A DNA stretch of 64,000 bases from the IMG/VR virus record IMGVR_UViG_3300003877_000001, positions 1 through 64,000 of that record. One strand, given 5' to 3'. The notes beneath the pieces are model-generated. The model did no database searches, had not been told where the DNA came from, and saw nothing but the letters and a program-made list of their open reading frames with translations. This document shows positions 29,216 through 38,274 of the stretch, piece by piece. A program made the position numbers and the translations under genes. The stretch's first letter is position 1, and each line of letters begins with the position of its first letter.

Positions 29216-29900
29216 CTTTATATAATTCACTAAAGATTTTTTTATTATTATCCCATTCAATGTTTGTTTGACCAATAGAATTATGAATTATTGAGATTTT
29301 ATCTATAACACCAATATTACATCCATCTAAATAGTTTGGAAATATCATTCCTAGATCGTAATAGTGAAACCCTTTAAATCTTTCATCAAATCTATTTATA
29401 ATAGTTTCACCATTAACACAAATAAAAACACCATCAACAACAACAACTTCTTTAATATTTTTTATTTCTCTACTATAAATACTCTCAAAAATTCTAATTC
29501 CATTATTATGATAAACTCTACCATACATTTTTTTTCTGTTCATTTCTTTACCGTCTTCGGTTAACCACCAACATCCATGTTTAGGCAATTCCGTACTACC
29601 TGCCAAACCAATAATATCATAATCATTTTTATTAAATATATTTACTATTTTTTTGCTCCAATCTTTTGTTCTAATTAATATATCATTATGTAGAAATACA
29701 ATTATATCCTTACCAAGACCTAATTTATCTAAAGTTTTCCATCCCATATTATATGCTTCAGATAGTGAAAATTCATTCATATTTACAATACATTCTACAT
29801 GAATAGGTATACCAGCAGTATTTTTTAAATGAGATATAAATTTATTATTATCTTCTTCAGAATAATGACTACTAAAAATTACTGATAAATTTTTTTTCAT
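29193..29900 (-). CDS. Glycosyltransferase-like protein (GT-A)
   Basis: SLSEAYN, VFLHNDI, IIGLAG, VDGVFI, FHYYD. Confidence 0.8.
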   Translation of the reverse strand: MKKNLSVIFSSHYSEEDNNKFISHLKNTAGIPIHVECIVNMNEFSLSEAYNMGWKTLDKLGLGKDIIVFLHNDILIRTKDWSKKIVNIFNKNDYDIIGLAGSTELPKHGCWWLTEDGKEMNRKKMYGRVYHNNGIRIFESIYSREIKNIKEVVVVDGVFICVNGETIINRFDERFKGFHYYDLGMIFPNYLDGCNIGVIDKISIIHNSIGQTNIEWDNNKKIFSELYKDELPREI

Positions 29901-30103
29901 AAAATATAATTAGTTATCGCATCTTCACTAGAAGATAGAGAAATGGTTTTATTATAAATATCATGAAGCAAATACTGATTATGATTAACAAAAGCATGTA
30001 CGATATGAGGTATTTCACATGTATCATTAATATATTGTATAAACATATCGTTTTCATATGTAGTTAGATGTGAACTAAAGACTACTATTATCCTTTTTTT
30101 CAT
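29897..30103 (-). pseudogene. Truncated paralogue of the N-terminus of 29193..29900
   Basis: MKKRIIVVFSSH...YN aligns with MKKNLSVIFSSH...AYN and stops after 68 aa. Confidence 0.6.
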
Positions 30104-30156
30104 ATGTATTTGCTATAATATACAAATGTAGTAAATAAAATTCAAAAAGTAAAGTA

Positions 30157-30468
30157 TTATCTATCTCTTATTTTTTTTAATTCAGTTTCGTAATCTGTTT
30201 TAACTTTTTCAAGAGGAAAGGGTATTCTAATAAGATCACCATCTTCAATATCAAACTCAGATATATATTGTGGATTTCCCCATAGAATCAAAAAATCAAA
30301 AAATTCATTACCATAATATCTTTTAGCAACTTTATCTAATCTACTAAAACCTGCTTTCCAAGTTTCATATTTATCAGAACTATTTGCAGGTAATGTTACA
30401 TATGGTAATTGATCAGTTGTACCATTCTGATTTTTAAAAATTTCATATCTATTATAATCTATTCTCAT
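30157..30468 (-). CDS. Baseplate wedge protein (T4 gp53 / LysM-like)
   Basis: RLDKVAKRYYGN..FDFLILWGNP...GDLIRIP. Confidence 0.75.
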   Translation of the reverse strand: MRIDYNRYEIFKNQNGTTDQLPYVTLPANSSDKYETWKAGFSRLDKVAKRYYGNEFFDFLILWGNPQYISEFDIEDGDLIRIPFPLEKVKTDYETELKKIRDR

Positions 30469-33400
30469 TATGCTGATGTTGGTTGTTTAACTTTTCTAGC
30501 TATTTCTTGTGTATTATTTCTTACTTCTCTCACTTCATTACCATCAACATCTTTACTACCAAAAAGTTCAGTCATTTGTGCTTTTTCCATTTCACTTGCT
30601 CTTTCATAAATACCCGTATTATAAAATGTTGAATTAGCATAGTAATTAAATGATACCGCATTTTGTAGTGCATTAATTGGTGTTTGAAGTGATTGACCAC
30701 CAACAAGTTTTAATTGTAATTTTATATCAGCTATCATAAATTGCATACCCATACCTTCAGGATTCATATCCCAAGGAGCATCAGTATAATCTATTTGTAA
30801 ATTATCAATAACAACTTTAGTATGGAACATATCTCCAATTCTTAATATTTGAACTGGTTGTCTACCAAATACTGAATTACTAGCACTAAATGTATTATTT
30901 TTACCTCTTTGTTTTCGTATTGCATTACCTTGACGTGTACATTGATGTAAAAATGTTAATCTTCTATGAAAATCTTCTGGTGTTTGAGAATGAAAAATTG
31001 GTTTATATTTATTCTTTTGACTTGATTCAAATCCTTTTAAAACACCATCTTCGATTGTATATGTATTATATGTACAATTAGCATTATTTTTTGCTTTTTG
31101 AGTTGAAATATTTGTTTCTAAAACTTGAATTTCTTCATTTAATGAATCTATATTTTCTTGATCTGTTGTTGTTATTGGAACTTCTTTATTAATTGTTACA
31201 TTATTTTGTCCAAACGTTACAAATGCTCTTCTAGCTTCTTTAGCAGGTTGACTAGCTATTTCACTTATTTCATCAGTTGCAGTACCACCAACTTCACCAA
31301 TAGGGGTTTTTGGTATTACTACCTTTATACCTGCTTGTTCTAATGATTGACCTGTAAGTGTTTTAAATTTTTCATCAATAAATGCTACAACAGCATTAAT
31401 TCTTCTTCTACTTAATCTTACATTATAATCATCATCATTACCAAGAAATAAAACTGATGCAGATCCATTAATACGTAATTCAGTATATTCCCTAACTTTT
31501 TCATCAACAAGATATTTGGTAATATTTTCTTCAATATCTTGAATAAATGATTCATTCAATCCAAAATTTGCACCATCGACATCACTTGTATGTGCAGCAA
31601 TATCATGATTTTTATCTATTTCATAATATCTACTGATATGATCTCCAATTGATGTTGATTCACCACCAATTTTAGGTTCATCATTAATAAAGAAAAAATT
31701 ATTTGTTAATTCAATAAAATCAGGTCTAGCTTGTTTTATTTTAGGTTGAATACTTTCTCTTTCCTCAATTAATTTCTCTTTTTTTCTAATTTTATCACCT
31801 AAATTACTACCTTGAAGTGGTGCTTCACCACCAAAAGCAAAAAATCTATTAGCCTCTACATGACTCATCCCTTTTATTTGTGGTGGATAATCAATTAATA
31901 ATTTAAAAGATAAGTTTGCAATTCTTTCAGTATTATTATATGTATAAATTGGTTCACCTCTACCAATAAAATTTGTACTTTCATGATTAACTACAACATT
32001 TTCAGTTACACTTATATCATATGGTGGAAACCACATAAGACGACCACCAAATTTACCAACTTCACATAATGGTAGTTCAGTACCTTTTTCATCTTGAACT
32101 AAACCATAATTCATTGTTTCATCTGGATATACTTCAAATGCTAAATTTTCAATAGAAAACATCATATTCCTATTATTAATATCATTACCATCAATAATTG
32201 GATGTATTTTAGGTATAACATTTTTATAAACTACTGAATTTTCATTACCATTATAAATTTTATTTCCATTAAATCTTATTGCTTTAACAAACGTATTATA
32301 TGGGTCAAGAACAGTATGTTGACGGTTTTTATCTATTTCACCATCTAATCTAACTCTCAATGGTGAACCGTTAAAATGTAATTGTTCATCATTATCAATA
32401 AATTTCTTTCTCGTTAAATCAAAACTACTATTTTTACCTTTAGAGTTTAATAATTCTCTAGTATAGCTTAATAATCCACCATTTTTTATATTAAATTTAT
32501 CAATCTCACTAATATTACCAAATCTATCTAATTTACTTTCAACACCACCATTATCACTTGGTTGTATACCATCAACAGGATTATCAAAACCACCTACTTC
32601 GTCCTTATATGATGTATTATCAGTATCACGACCCCAAACTAATTGTTGTTTAGGATCATCAACTAAACCATAATCATCACCATCTAGTGAATATATTCCT
32701 GTACTAATAATTTGACCATTTAAACCAATATCAATATTATTACTATCTAATTCAGCATTACCCATTCCATCAATGAATATTTGTGATGCACCATATTCTA
32801 AATAACCAGAACTATCTTGATTTTGGTTTATGAATGTTATTCTTTCTTGATAAAGTTTATTGTTAAGTGCTGTTATATCAGCAGTTGTTTTATATTGATT
32901 ATATGGATTGAATACTTCATCTCTACCTAAGAAATATTTATTATTAAATTGAACATCAACATTCATTCCATAATTAAATCCTTCTGCATTTGATAAATCT
33001 ACAAATGGTCTTGATGAAGGTTGGTATAGATTTTTGCTTAATTCTTTATAAAATAATTGAAGTTGTCCTTTTCCTGAATTTCTAATAAAATCAAGATTAT
33101 TTGTTTCTTTAGTAAATGGATTTCCTTTTAATGGATAATTACCACTAACTTCTTCTAATATTTTTCCTACATTACCTTGGGTTTCTCTTCTTGTTATTTG
33201 AAAATCTTCCTTTTTCATTATAAATTTAGTATCAGGATTACCATCAAATAAATTTTCAAACTTTATTGCTGGAAGATATTCAGCAGCAGCATTAGATGCA
33301 GCAGTATAACCTAATTGTATTGCAAGCATTTTTAAACCTATTGCTGTTAATGGTGTTTGACCTTCAGCTAATCTACCTACGATAGTTGTAACAGTAGTAC

Positions 33401-33545
33401 CAAAAGGATTTATAACATTAGCTATATTTCCAATTACATTAATAGTTTCAGTACCACTAACATTATATGGATCATTAGGAGTATATAAATTTCTTGTTTC
33501 TAAAAACTCTCTGGTTTGAACACTATTATCTTCTAATCTTGACAT
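30468..33545 (-). CDS. Large baseplate/tail protein with an OmpA-like insertion
   Basis: 1025 aa between the tape-measure and gp53-like genes; NFIGRGEPIYTYNNTER; GSAS...YNVRLSRRRINAV. Confidence 0.6.
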   Translation of the reverse strand: MSRLEDNSVQTREFLETRNLYTPNDPYNVSGTETINVIGNIANVINPFGTTVTTIVGRLAEGQTPLTAIGLKMLAIQLGYTAASNAAAEYLPAIKFENLFDGNPDTKFIMKKEDFQITRRETQGNVGKILEEVSGNYPLKGNPFTKETNNLDFIRNSGKGQLQLFYKELSKNLYQPSSRPFVDLSNAEGFNYGMNVDVQFNNKYFLGRDEVFNPYNQYKTTADITALNNKLYQERITFINQNQDSSGYLEYGASQIFIDGMGNAELDSNNIDIGLNGQIISTGIYSLDGDDYGLVDDPKQQLVWGRDTDNTSYKDEVGGFDNPVDGIQPSDNGGVESKLDRFGNISEIDKFNIKNGGLLSYTRELLNSKGKNSSFDLTRKKFIDNDEQLHFNGSPLRVRLDGEIDKNRQHTVLDPYNTFVKAIRFNGNKIYNGNENSVVYKNVIPKIHPIIDGNDINNRNMMFSIENLAFEVYPDETMNYGLVQDEKGTELPLCEVGKFGGRLMWFPPYDISVTENVVVNHESTNFIGRGEPIYTYNNTERIANLSFKLLIDYPPQIKGMSHVEANRFFAFGGEAPLQGSNLGDKIRKKEKLIEERESIQPKIKQARPDFIELTNNFFFINDEPKIGGESTSIGDHISRYYEIDKNHDIAAHTSDVDGANFGLNESFIQDIEENITKYLVDEKVREYTELRINGSASVLFLGNDDDYNVRLSRRRINAVVAFIDEKFKTLTGQSLEQAGIKVVIPKTPIGEVGGTATDEISEIASQPAKEARRAFVTFGQNNVTINKEVPITTTDQENIDSLNEEIQVLETNISTQKAKNNANCTYNTYTIEDGVLKGFESSQKNKYKPIFHSQTPEDFHRRLTFLHQCTRQGNAIRKQRGKNNTFSASNSVFGRQPVQILRIGDMFHTKVVIDNLQIDYTDAPWDMNPEGMGMQFMIADIKLQLKLVGGQSLQTPINALQNAVSFNYYANSTFYNTGIYERASEMEKAQMTELFGSKDVDGNEVREVRNNTQEIARKVKQPTSA

Positions 33546-33841
33546 TAATATAAAATATTTATTATAAATACTTGTATTTGAAATTAGAATTTATTAGATT
33601 TACATTGAATTACTATGTACTATCGCTAAATACTATATATTTTTTTTCTAAAATCTAGTTGAGTTGTATATAATAGAAATTATTAAATAATCTAAATCTT
33701 ATCCATATAACCATAGACCTAAAAATAAAAGCAAAAGGGTTGCCCTGTATAATTTCGAAATGCTTTTAAATATTTGTTGTTTTTGTTTTGTGTTATTTCT
33801 CTTTTTGTTTCTTGTTATTAAGTTCTAAAAGCAAAGTTTTG

Positions 33842-33872
33842 CAAATTTACCGTTTTTATTTGATAAAGTCAA
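33842..33872 (-). promoter_or_regulatory. Bacteroidota primary-sigma promoter
   Basis: TTG-N20-TAAATTTG. Confidence 0.6.
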
Positions 33873-33938
33873 GTCTTTTTAATAAAAAATGAAAATAAAT
33901 ATTTATGTAACCTTTTTTATTTATATACGTATATTCTA

Positions 33939-34310
33939 TTGTCACAAGTTTGACAAATATACAAAAAATATTGAATATGAGGAAGTTAATTAAAAAAATT
34001 AACCCAAATGAATATCTAAAATTATCAACATATGCTAAAAAATATAGTATAGTTAAAAGAAAGATATATCGTTATGTTGATGATGATTTAGTAGATAATG
34101 TTAAAATAGATGGAATCCCATTTATTAAAGATATTCATTTTCCTATCCTAGAACGTGATAATCGTGAATCTATTGTCCCAAGTTTGTCAATAGATACTTC
34201 TATTGTCCCAACTGTGACATTAAAAAGTGGTGAAAGTACTGATAATCAAGTAGATAATCCTATTGTCCCAACTGTGACATTAGATAAGTATATTGTCCCA
34301 AGTGTGACAA
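33939..34310. repeat. Array of five palindromic TTGTCM-N6-TGWCAW sites
   Basis: Copies at 33939, 34173, 34203, 34263 and 34293; a sixth at 38244. Confidence 0.85.
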
Positions 34311-34417
34311 TAGAAGAAAATGAAAAAATAGAATTAAATAATCTTTTAAATAAGCCTGAAAGTGATACAACTATTAGTGATTATAAAAGAATTGAAGAAT
34401 TAAAAAATAAATATTAA
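33977..34417 (+). CDS. Putative HTH DNA-binding protein
   Basis: YLKLSTYAKKYSIVKRKIYRYV (excisionase/MerR-like); start revised to the ATG at 33977; IVP(S/T)(L/V) repeats encoded by the DNA palindromes. Confidence 0.55.
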   Translation: MRKLIKKINPNEYLKLSTYAKKYSIVKRKIYRYVDDDLVDNVKIDGIPFIKDIHFPILERDNRESIVPSLSIDTSIVPTVTLKSGESTDNQVDNPIVPTVTLDKYIVPSVTIEENEKIELNNLLNKPESDTTISDYKRIEELKNKY

Positions 34418-34420
34418 ATA

Positions 34421-36928
34421 TTAAACACTACCACCTTGTACATGTACCAATTGTGCAGGTACTTTCTTAGCAATATTTGTGTAGAATGAACTATCACCAA
34501 CATTAACATCAATATTAGCCACAAGTGCTACTTCTTGTTCACTGAATTGAACTTTAAGCGGTTTAGATAACATATTAACTAATTGACCAATTCCACTATT
34601 ACTACTTACATCTGTTGATGCAATAGATTGTATTGTATTTTTAACATCTGCAAGCTGTCCTACCGATCCACTCATAACAGCTCCAATACTTGTAAATGCA
34701 TCACCTACAATTTTCATACCATTAGAACTTGAAGCTATTGCCATTACTGAAGCTGCCATACCAGCAACACCTAACATTGTAATAGGGTTTGCAAATAATA
34801 AAGTTGCAGCACCAATAGCTGCTAAATCACCACCAATTCCAGATAAATCTGCACCACTTAACATTGCTAAACCTTCTCCCATATATCCAATACCAGCAGC
34901 AGCAATACCAATACCTGCTCCAATACCTAATACAGCTAATGTCAGAATTCCTATACCAATTGCTGATACTTCTGCTGCTTTACCGAATATTAACATACCA
35001 GCAGCCATAAGTGGAACAGCAATAGCTAATCCTAGTGCAACTCTTTCGAAACTTTCTAATTGTTCTACACTTAATTTAGACATGGAATCTGCTAAAGCAG
35101 CAACACCTTTAGCTGCAATCATTATACCAGTACCCATACCAACAGCAGCAACACCAACACCAGCACCTTTACCTAAAGCAGCCATTCCACCACCTCTTGC
35201 AGCACCACTAGCACCTTTAGCAAGACCACCAACACCTTTAGTTGCAGTACGTGCAATACCTTTACCAGCACCACCAATCAGACCACCAATACTTGGTAAT
35301 ATACCTTTTAATATTCTGATCATTGGAGATGCCATCATTAAAACAGCACCAATTGCACCAGCACCTGAAAGTATATCTTTATTTGTTTTAGATAAATCAC
35401 CAAACCATTCCGATATATTTGTAACAATAGGTCTTATAAATTCTAATACTGAATTAATACCATTAAGCATAGGAAGTAATGTTGATTTTAATTCCATTAT
35501 AGTATTTTTCATTGCATCATCAAATGTTTGAGAATCTAATGCACGTTGTTTTAAACTAGCACTTTGTTCTTTTAAACCACTTAATTGATCAGAACCAATA
35601 TTTGATACATCAGTAGCAATACCACCTATTTCAACAAACATTCTACCTGTAGTTTTATCAAATTTAGCAAGACCCTCAATAATATCTTTTTCGTCTTTAG
35701 TAAATCCTTTAGAATTCATTTGTGAACGAGTTTGTTGAATTTCTCTCATTCTAAATGCTTGTTTAGTAAGTTCTTCAGTAGTCATACCAAGTGCTTTAGC
35801 TGCTTGTGAAAGCTGATCTTTAGCCATAGGAGAAGCTAATGCAAAATCAAATCCATCAGCAGTCTTATTCAACGTAACCATACCTTGTGTCATTTCGTTA
35901 ATACGTTTCATATATGCTTCAGGATCATTTCTAGATTCAAAAAGCATAGACATAGGATCTGCTAAACTAGCAAATTTACCACCAAGTACTTGTAATTGTG
36001 CACTCATTTCAATTACTGAATCTAATCTTCTACCCTTTTCCATAGGTTCAAAAACAGAATTCATATCTATTTTAAATTTTTCAGCATAAATAGCCATATC
36101 AGCCATAGATTTTACACCATTTCTAAATGAATATTTTTGAAGTTTTTTGAAGTTCGAATTAACAGCTTTTAATACTTTACCAGTATTAACACCCATTCTT
36201 TCAGTAGTATCAACAATTCTTTGTACTTCACCAGCAGTATCAGTAGCATTGAAACCCATCATTTCATATTGACCAGCCATACGAGCAGCACCTTCAATAC
36301 CTAAAGAAGTACCTTTAGCTATTAAAGTCATTGATTCTAAATTTTCTTGATTAAATTGTCTAACTCTACCTGTTTCATCAGCATATGTACTAACCATTTG
36401 AGTAAGACCTTTCATATCAATACCCATACGAGCAGCAAACATGGAAGAATCTTCTAAATTATTTCGCATCATTGCTGAACGATCACCAGATAATCCCATT
36501 TCAAGATTAAGATTTTTAATACTTGCATCAGCATCCATTAAAAATGTTTTCATAATACCAGCATTTTTACTAATTGCAGTGCCTAATGAACTAACTGTTT
36601 TAAGGAGTAATTTTTGTGTATCTAATGTTTTTTCTGATTTTGATAATATTTTATCTTGAGCATCGGATTGATTTTTATATTTTTTTAGTAAATATTTACT
36701 AATTTTATCTTGATTAGATAGATGTTTAGTTATGGTTTCATCAATATTAGCTTGTTTATTTCTTTTTTGATTAATAATTTCTTCCTCTACTGCTTGTTTT
36801 CTTCTTAGGTTATAGATATTATCTAATTTTGATAATTCCCTTTCAAGTAAACGAATATTTTCATTAGCAATAGCATTAGCTGCTTCTGTTTCTTCTTTTA
36901 ATTGTTTAGCCGATATTTTTTTTGCCAT
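34421..36928 (-). CDS. Tail tape measure protein
   Basis: 835 aa, helical, with an A/G-rich hydrophobic C-terminal half; downstream of the chaperone frameshift pair. Confidence 0.8.
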   Translation of the reverse strand: MAKKISAKQLKEETEAANAIANENIRLLERELSKLDNIYNLRRKQAVEEEIINQKRNKQANIDETITKHLSNQDKISKYLLKKYKNQSDAQDKILSKSEKTLDTQKLLLKTVSSLGTAISKNAGIMKTFLMDADASIKNLNLEMGLSGDRSAMMRNNLEDSSMFAARMGIDMKGLTQMVSTYADETGRVRQFNQENLESMTLIAKGTSLGIEGAARMAGQYEMMGFNATDTAGEVQRIVDTTERMGVNTGKVLKAVNSNFKKLQKYSFRNGVKSMADMAIYAEKFKIDMNSVFEPMEKGRRLDSVIEMSAQLQVLGGKFASLADPMSMLFESRNDPEAYMKRINEMTQGMVTLNKTADGFDFALASPMAKDQLSQAAKALGMTTEELTKQAFRMREIQQTRSQMNSKGFTKDEKDIIEGLAKFDKTTGRMFVEIGGIATDVSNIGSDQLSGLKEQSASLKQRALDSQTFDDAMKNTIMELKSTLLPMLNGINSVLEFIRPIVTNISEWFGDLSKTNKDILSGAGAIGAVLMMASPMIRILKGILPSIGGLIGGAGKGIARTATKGVGGLAKGASGAARGGGMAALGKGAGVGVAAVGMGTGIMIAAKGVAALADSMSKLSVEQLESFERVALGLAIAVPLMAAGMLIFGKAAEVSAIGIGILTLAVLGIGAGIGIAAAGIGYMGEGLAMLSGADLSGIGGDLAAIGAATLLFANPITMLGVAGMAASVMAIASSSNGMKIVGDAFTSIGAVMSGSVGQLADVKNTIQSIASTDVSSNSGIGQLVNMLSKPLKVQFSEQEVALVANIDVNVGDSSFYTNIAKKVPAQLVHVQGGSV

Positions 36929-36972
36929 TTTTTCAGAATAATTTTACTAATTATAAATACATTTAAATATAA

Positions 36973-37155
36973 TTACTTTCTTCTGGCTTGTTGACTTGCT
37001 TTTGCATTTGCTTTTTCATGAGCTTTTTTAGTACTCTCAAGTTCTTCCTTTAAAAGATTAAGATAAAATCTTCTTTTATATACAGGAATCCCTTCAACAT
37101 ATTCAGCATTAAATTTTGCATGTTTTGTAAGGAGATAAATCTCTTCCATTATCAT
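36973..37155 (-). CDS. Tail assembly chaperone C-terminal ('T') segment, probably reached by frameshift
   Basis: The -1 frame of 37173..38144 is open from the T9 run into this ORF. Confidence 0.7.
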   Translation of the reverse strand: MIMEEIYLLTKHAKFNAEYVEGIPVYKRRFYLNLLKEELESTKKAHEKANAKASQQARRK

Positions 37156-37172
37156 CTTTTTATATTCACCTG

Positions 37173-38144
37173 CTAGTGACTTGGGAAAAAAAAATCAATA
37201 CCCATACTTAACGGTGCTTCGAATTTATAACCGTCTGGTGCTGTAAACATATATTTCATTTCAACTTCAGGAGATACATCTAATAATTTTCTTCTTATAG
37301 TAAATGCATCTAAGGCTGGCATAACATCAACAAAACGTTCAATATATGATCTATCTCTATTACCATTAATTTCCATAATAGATGCTTTTAATCTCATAGT
37401 ATTAAATTCTGATACTTCTTCTTGATATGCTTCTCTACGTGCTTCTGCTTGTTTAAATATAATATCTTCAGCACCTGAAGTTAAAAGTTTTACACTAACT
37501 TTTTTCTTTCTCATAGGTATTTCAACTACAAACTCACCAGCAGCATTAGGTTTTTCATTAACTTCTTTATATTTTAATGTTAATAAATCCACATCTTCTT
37601 CAAAACTATTTCCGTTTCTAGGATCAGGAACAGAAACCTTATATATATTACCATATGATGATGTTCTTAAAAATAAAATAAGTGCACTTCTATCACCACT
37701 TAATAAATTTTTAGGATTAATATTTTTATCTACAATTTTTCTAGCTAATAACTTATCTAATACCGAACCATCATCAATGAATGATGGTGTGGTTAAAAGG
37801 TCTTCATCTCTTGAAGTAAGATATTCAATTTGAACTTCTTTTAATCCATCTGGATAAAATAAACCTTTTGATGGTAATGAAACAACTTCATATGACATCA
37901 ATAAATCAGGATCATTTTCAGTTTGAATTTGATTTTGTAAATTATCTGCATTATAATTTAATGTTTGTGCAGGTATATTAATTGGTTCAGGTATTTGTGG
38001 TGTTGGTATAACTGATGGATCATCTACTGTTGGTATAGAATTATCTTTTGGTGGTTCAATTCCTTTTGATTTATAATATTCTTCCATAGCGTTTTTCATT
38101 GCTATTCCTTCTAATTCTTTTTCTGTTTTTTTTTCTGTTGCCAT
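37173..38144 (-). CDS. Tail/baseplate assembly chaperone (T4 gp26-like)
   Basis: VSLPSKGLFY, LTSRDEDLL, LLSGDRSALILFLR; ends GIDFFF. Confidence 0.7.
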   Translation of the reverse strand: MATEKKTEKELEGIAMKNAMEEYYKSKGIEPPKDNSIPTVDDPSVIPTPQIPEPINIPAQTLNYNADNLQNQIQTENDPDLLMSYEVVSLPSKGLFYPDGLKEVQIEYLTSRDEDLLTTPSFIDDGSVLDKLLARKIVDKNINPKNLLSGDRSALILFLRTSSYGNIYKVSVPDPRNGNSFEEDVDLLTLKYKEVNEKPNAAGEFVVEIPMRKKKVSVKLLTSGAEDIIFKQAEARREAYQEEVSEFNTMRLKASIMEINGNRDRSYIERFVDVMPALDAFTIRRKLLDVSPEVEMKYMFTAPDGYKFEAPLSMGIDFFFPSH

Positions 38145-38274
38145 TTTATAATATTTTATAAAAATTTATTAGTTCTACAAATAAATAGTACATAATAAAA
38201 TTTAATTCAAGATTTTCTTTTTTCATTCGTATAATATAGTACAATGTCAAAAATTTGACAATATAAATTAATAT

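Noticed and set aside
15909-30103. Bacterial O-antigen or capsule locus, meaning the window is host chromosome
   Set aside because: It is flanked by phage structural genes, shares their promoter motif and composition, and lacks wzx/wzy/ABC/priming genes. A chimeric assembly is not excluded without reads.
33570-33840. Small ORF or sRNA downstream of the promoter at 33842-33872
   Set aside because: Only a 19-codon ORF without supporting features and no convincing structure were found; treated as leader or AT-rich spacer.
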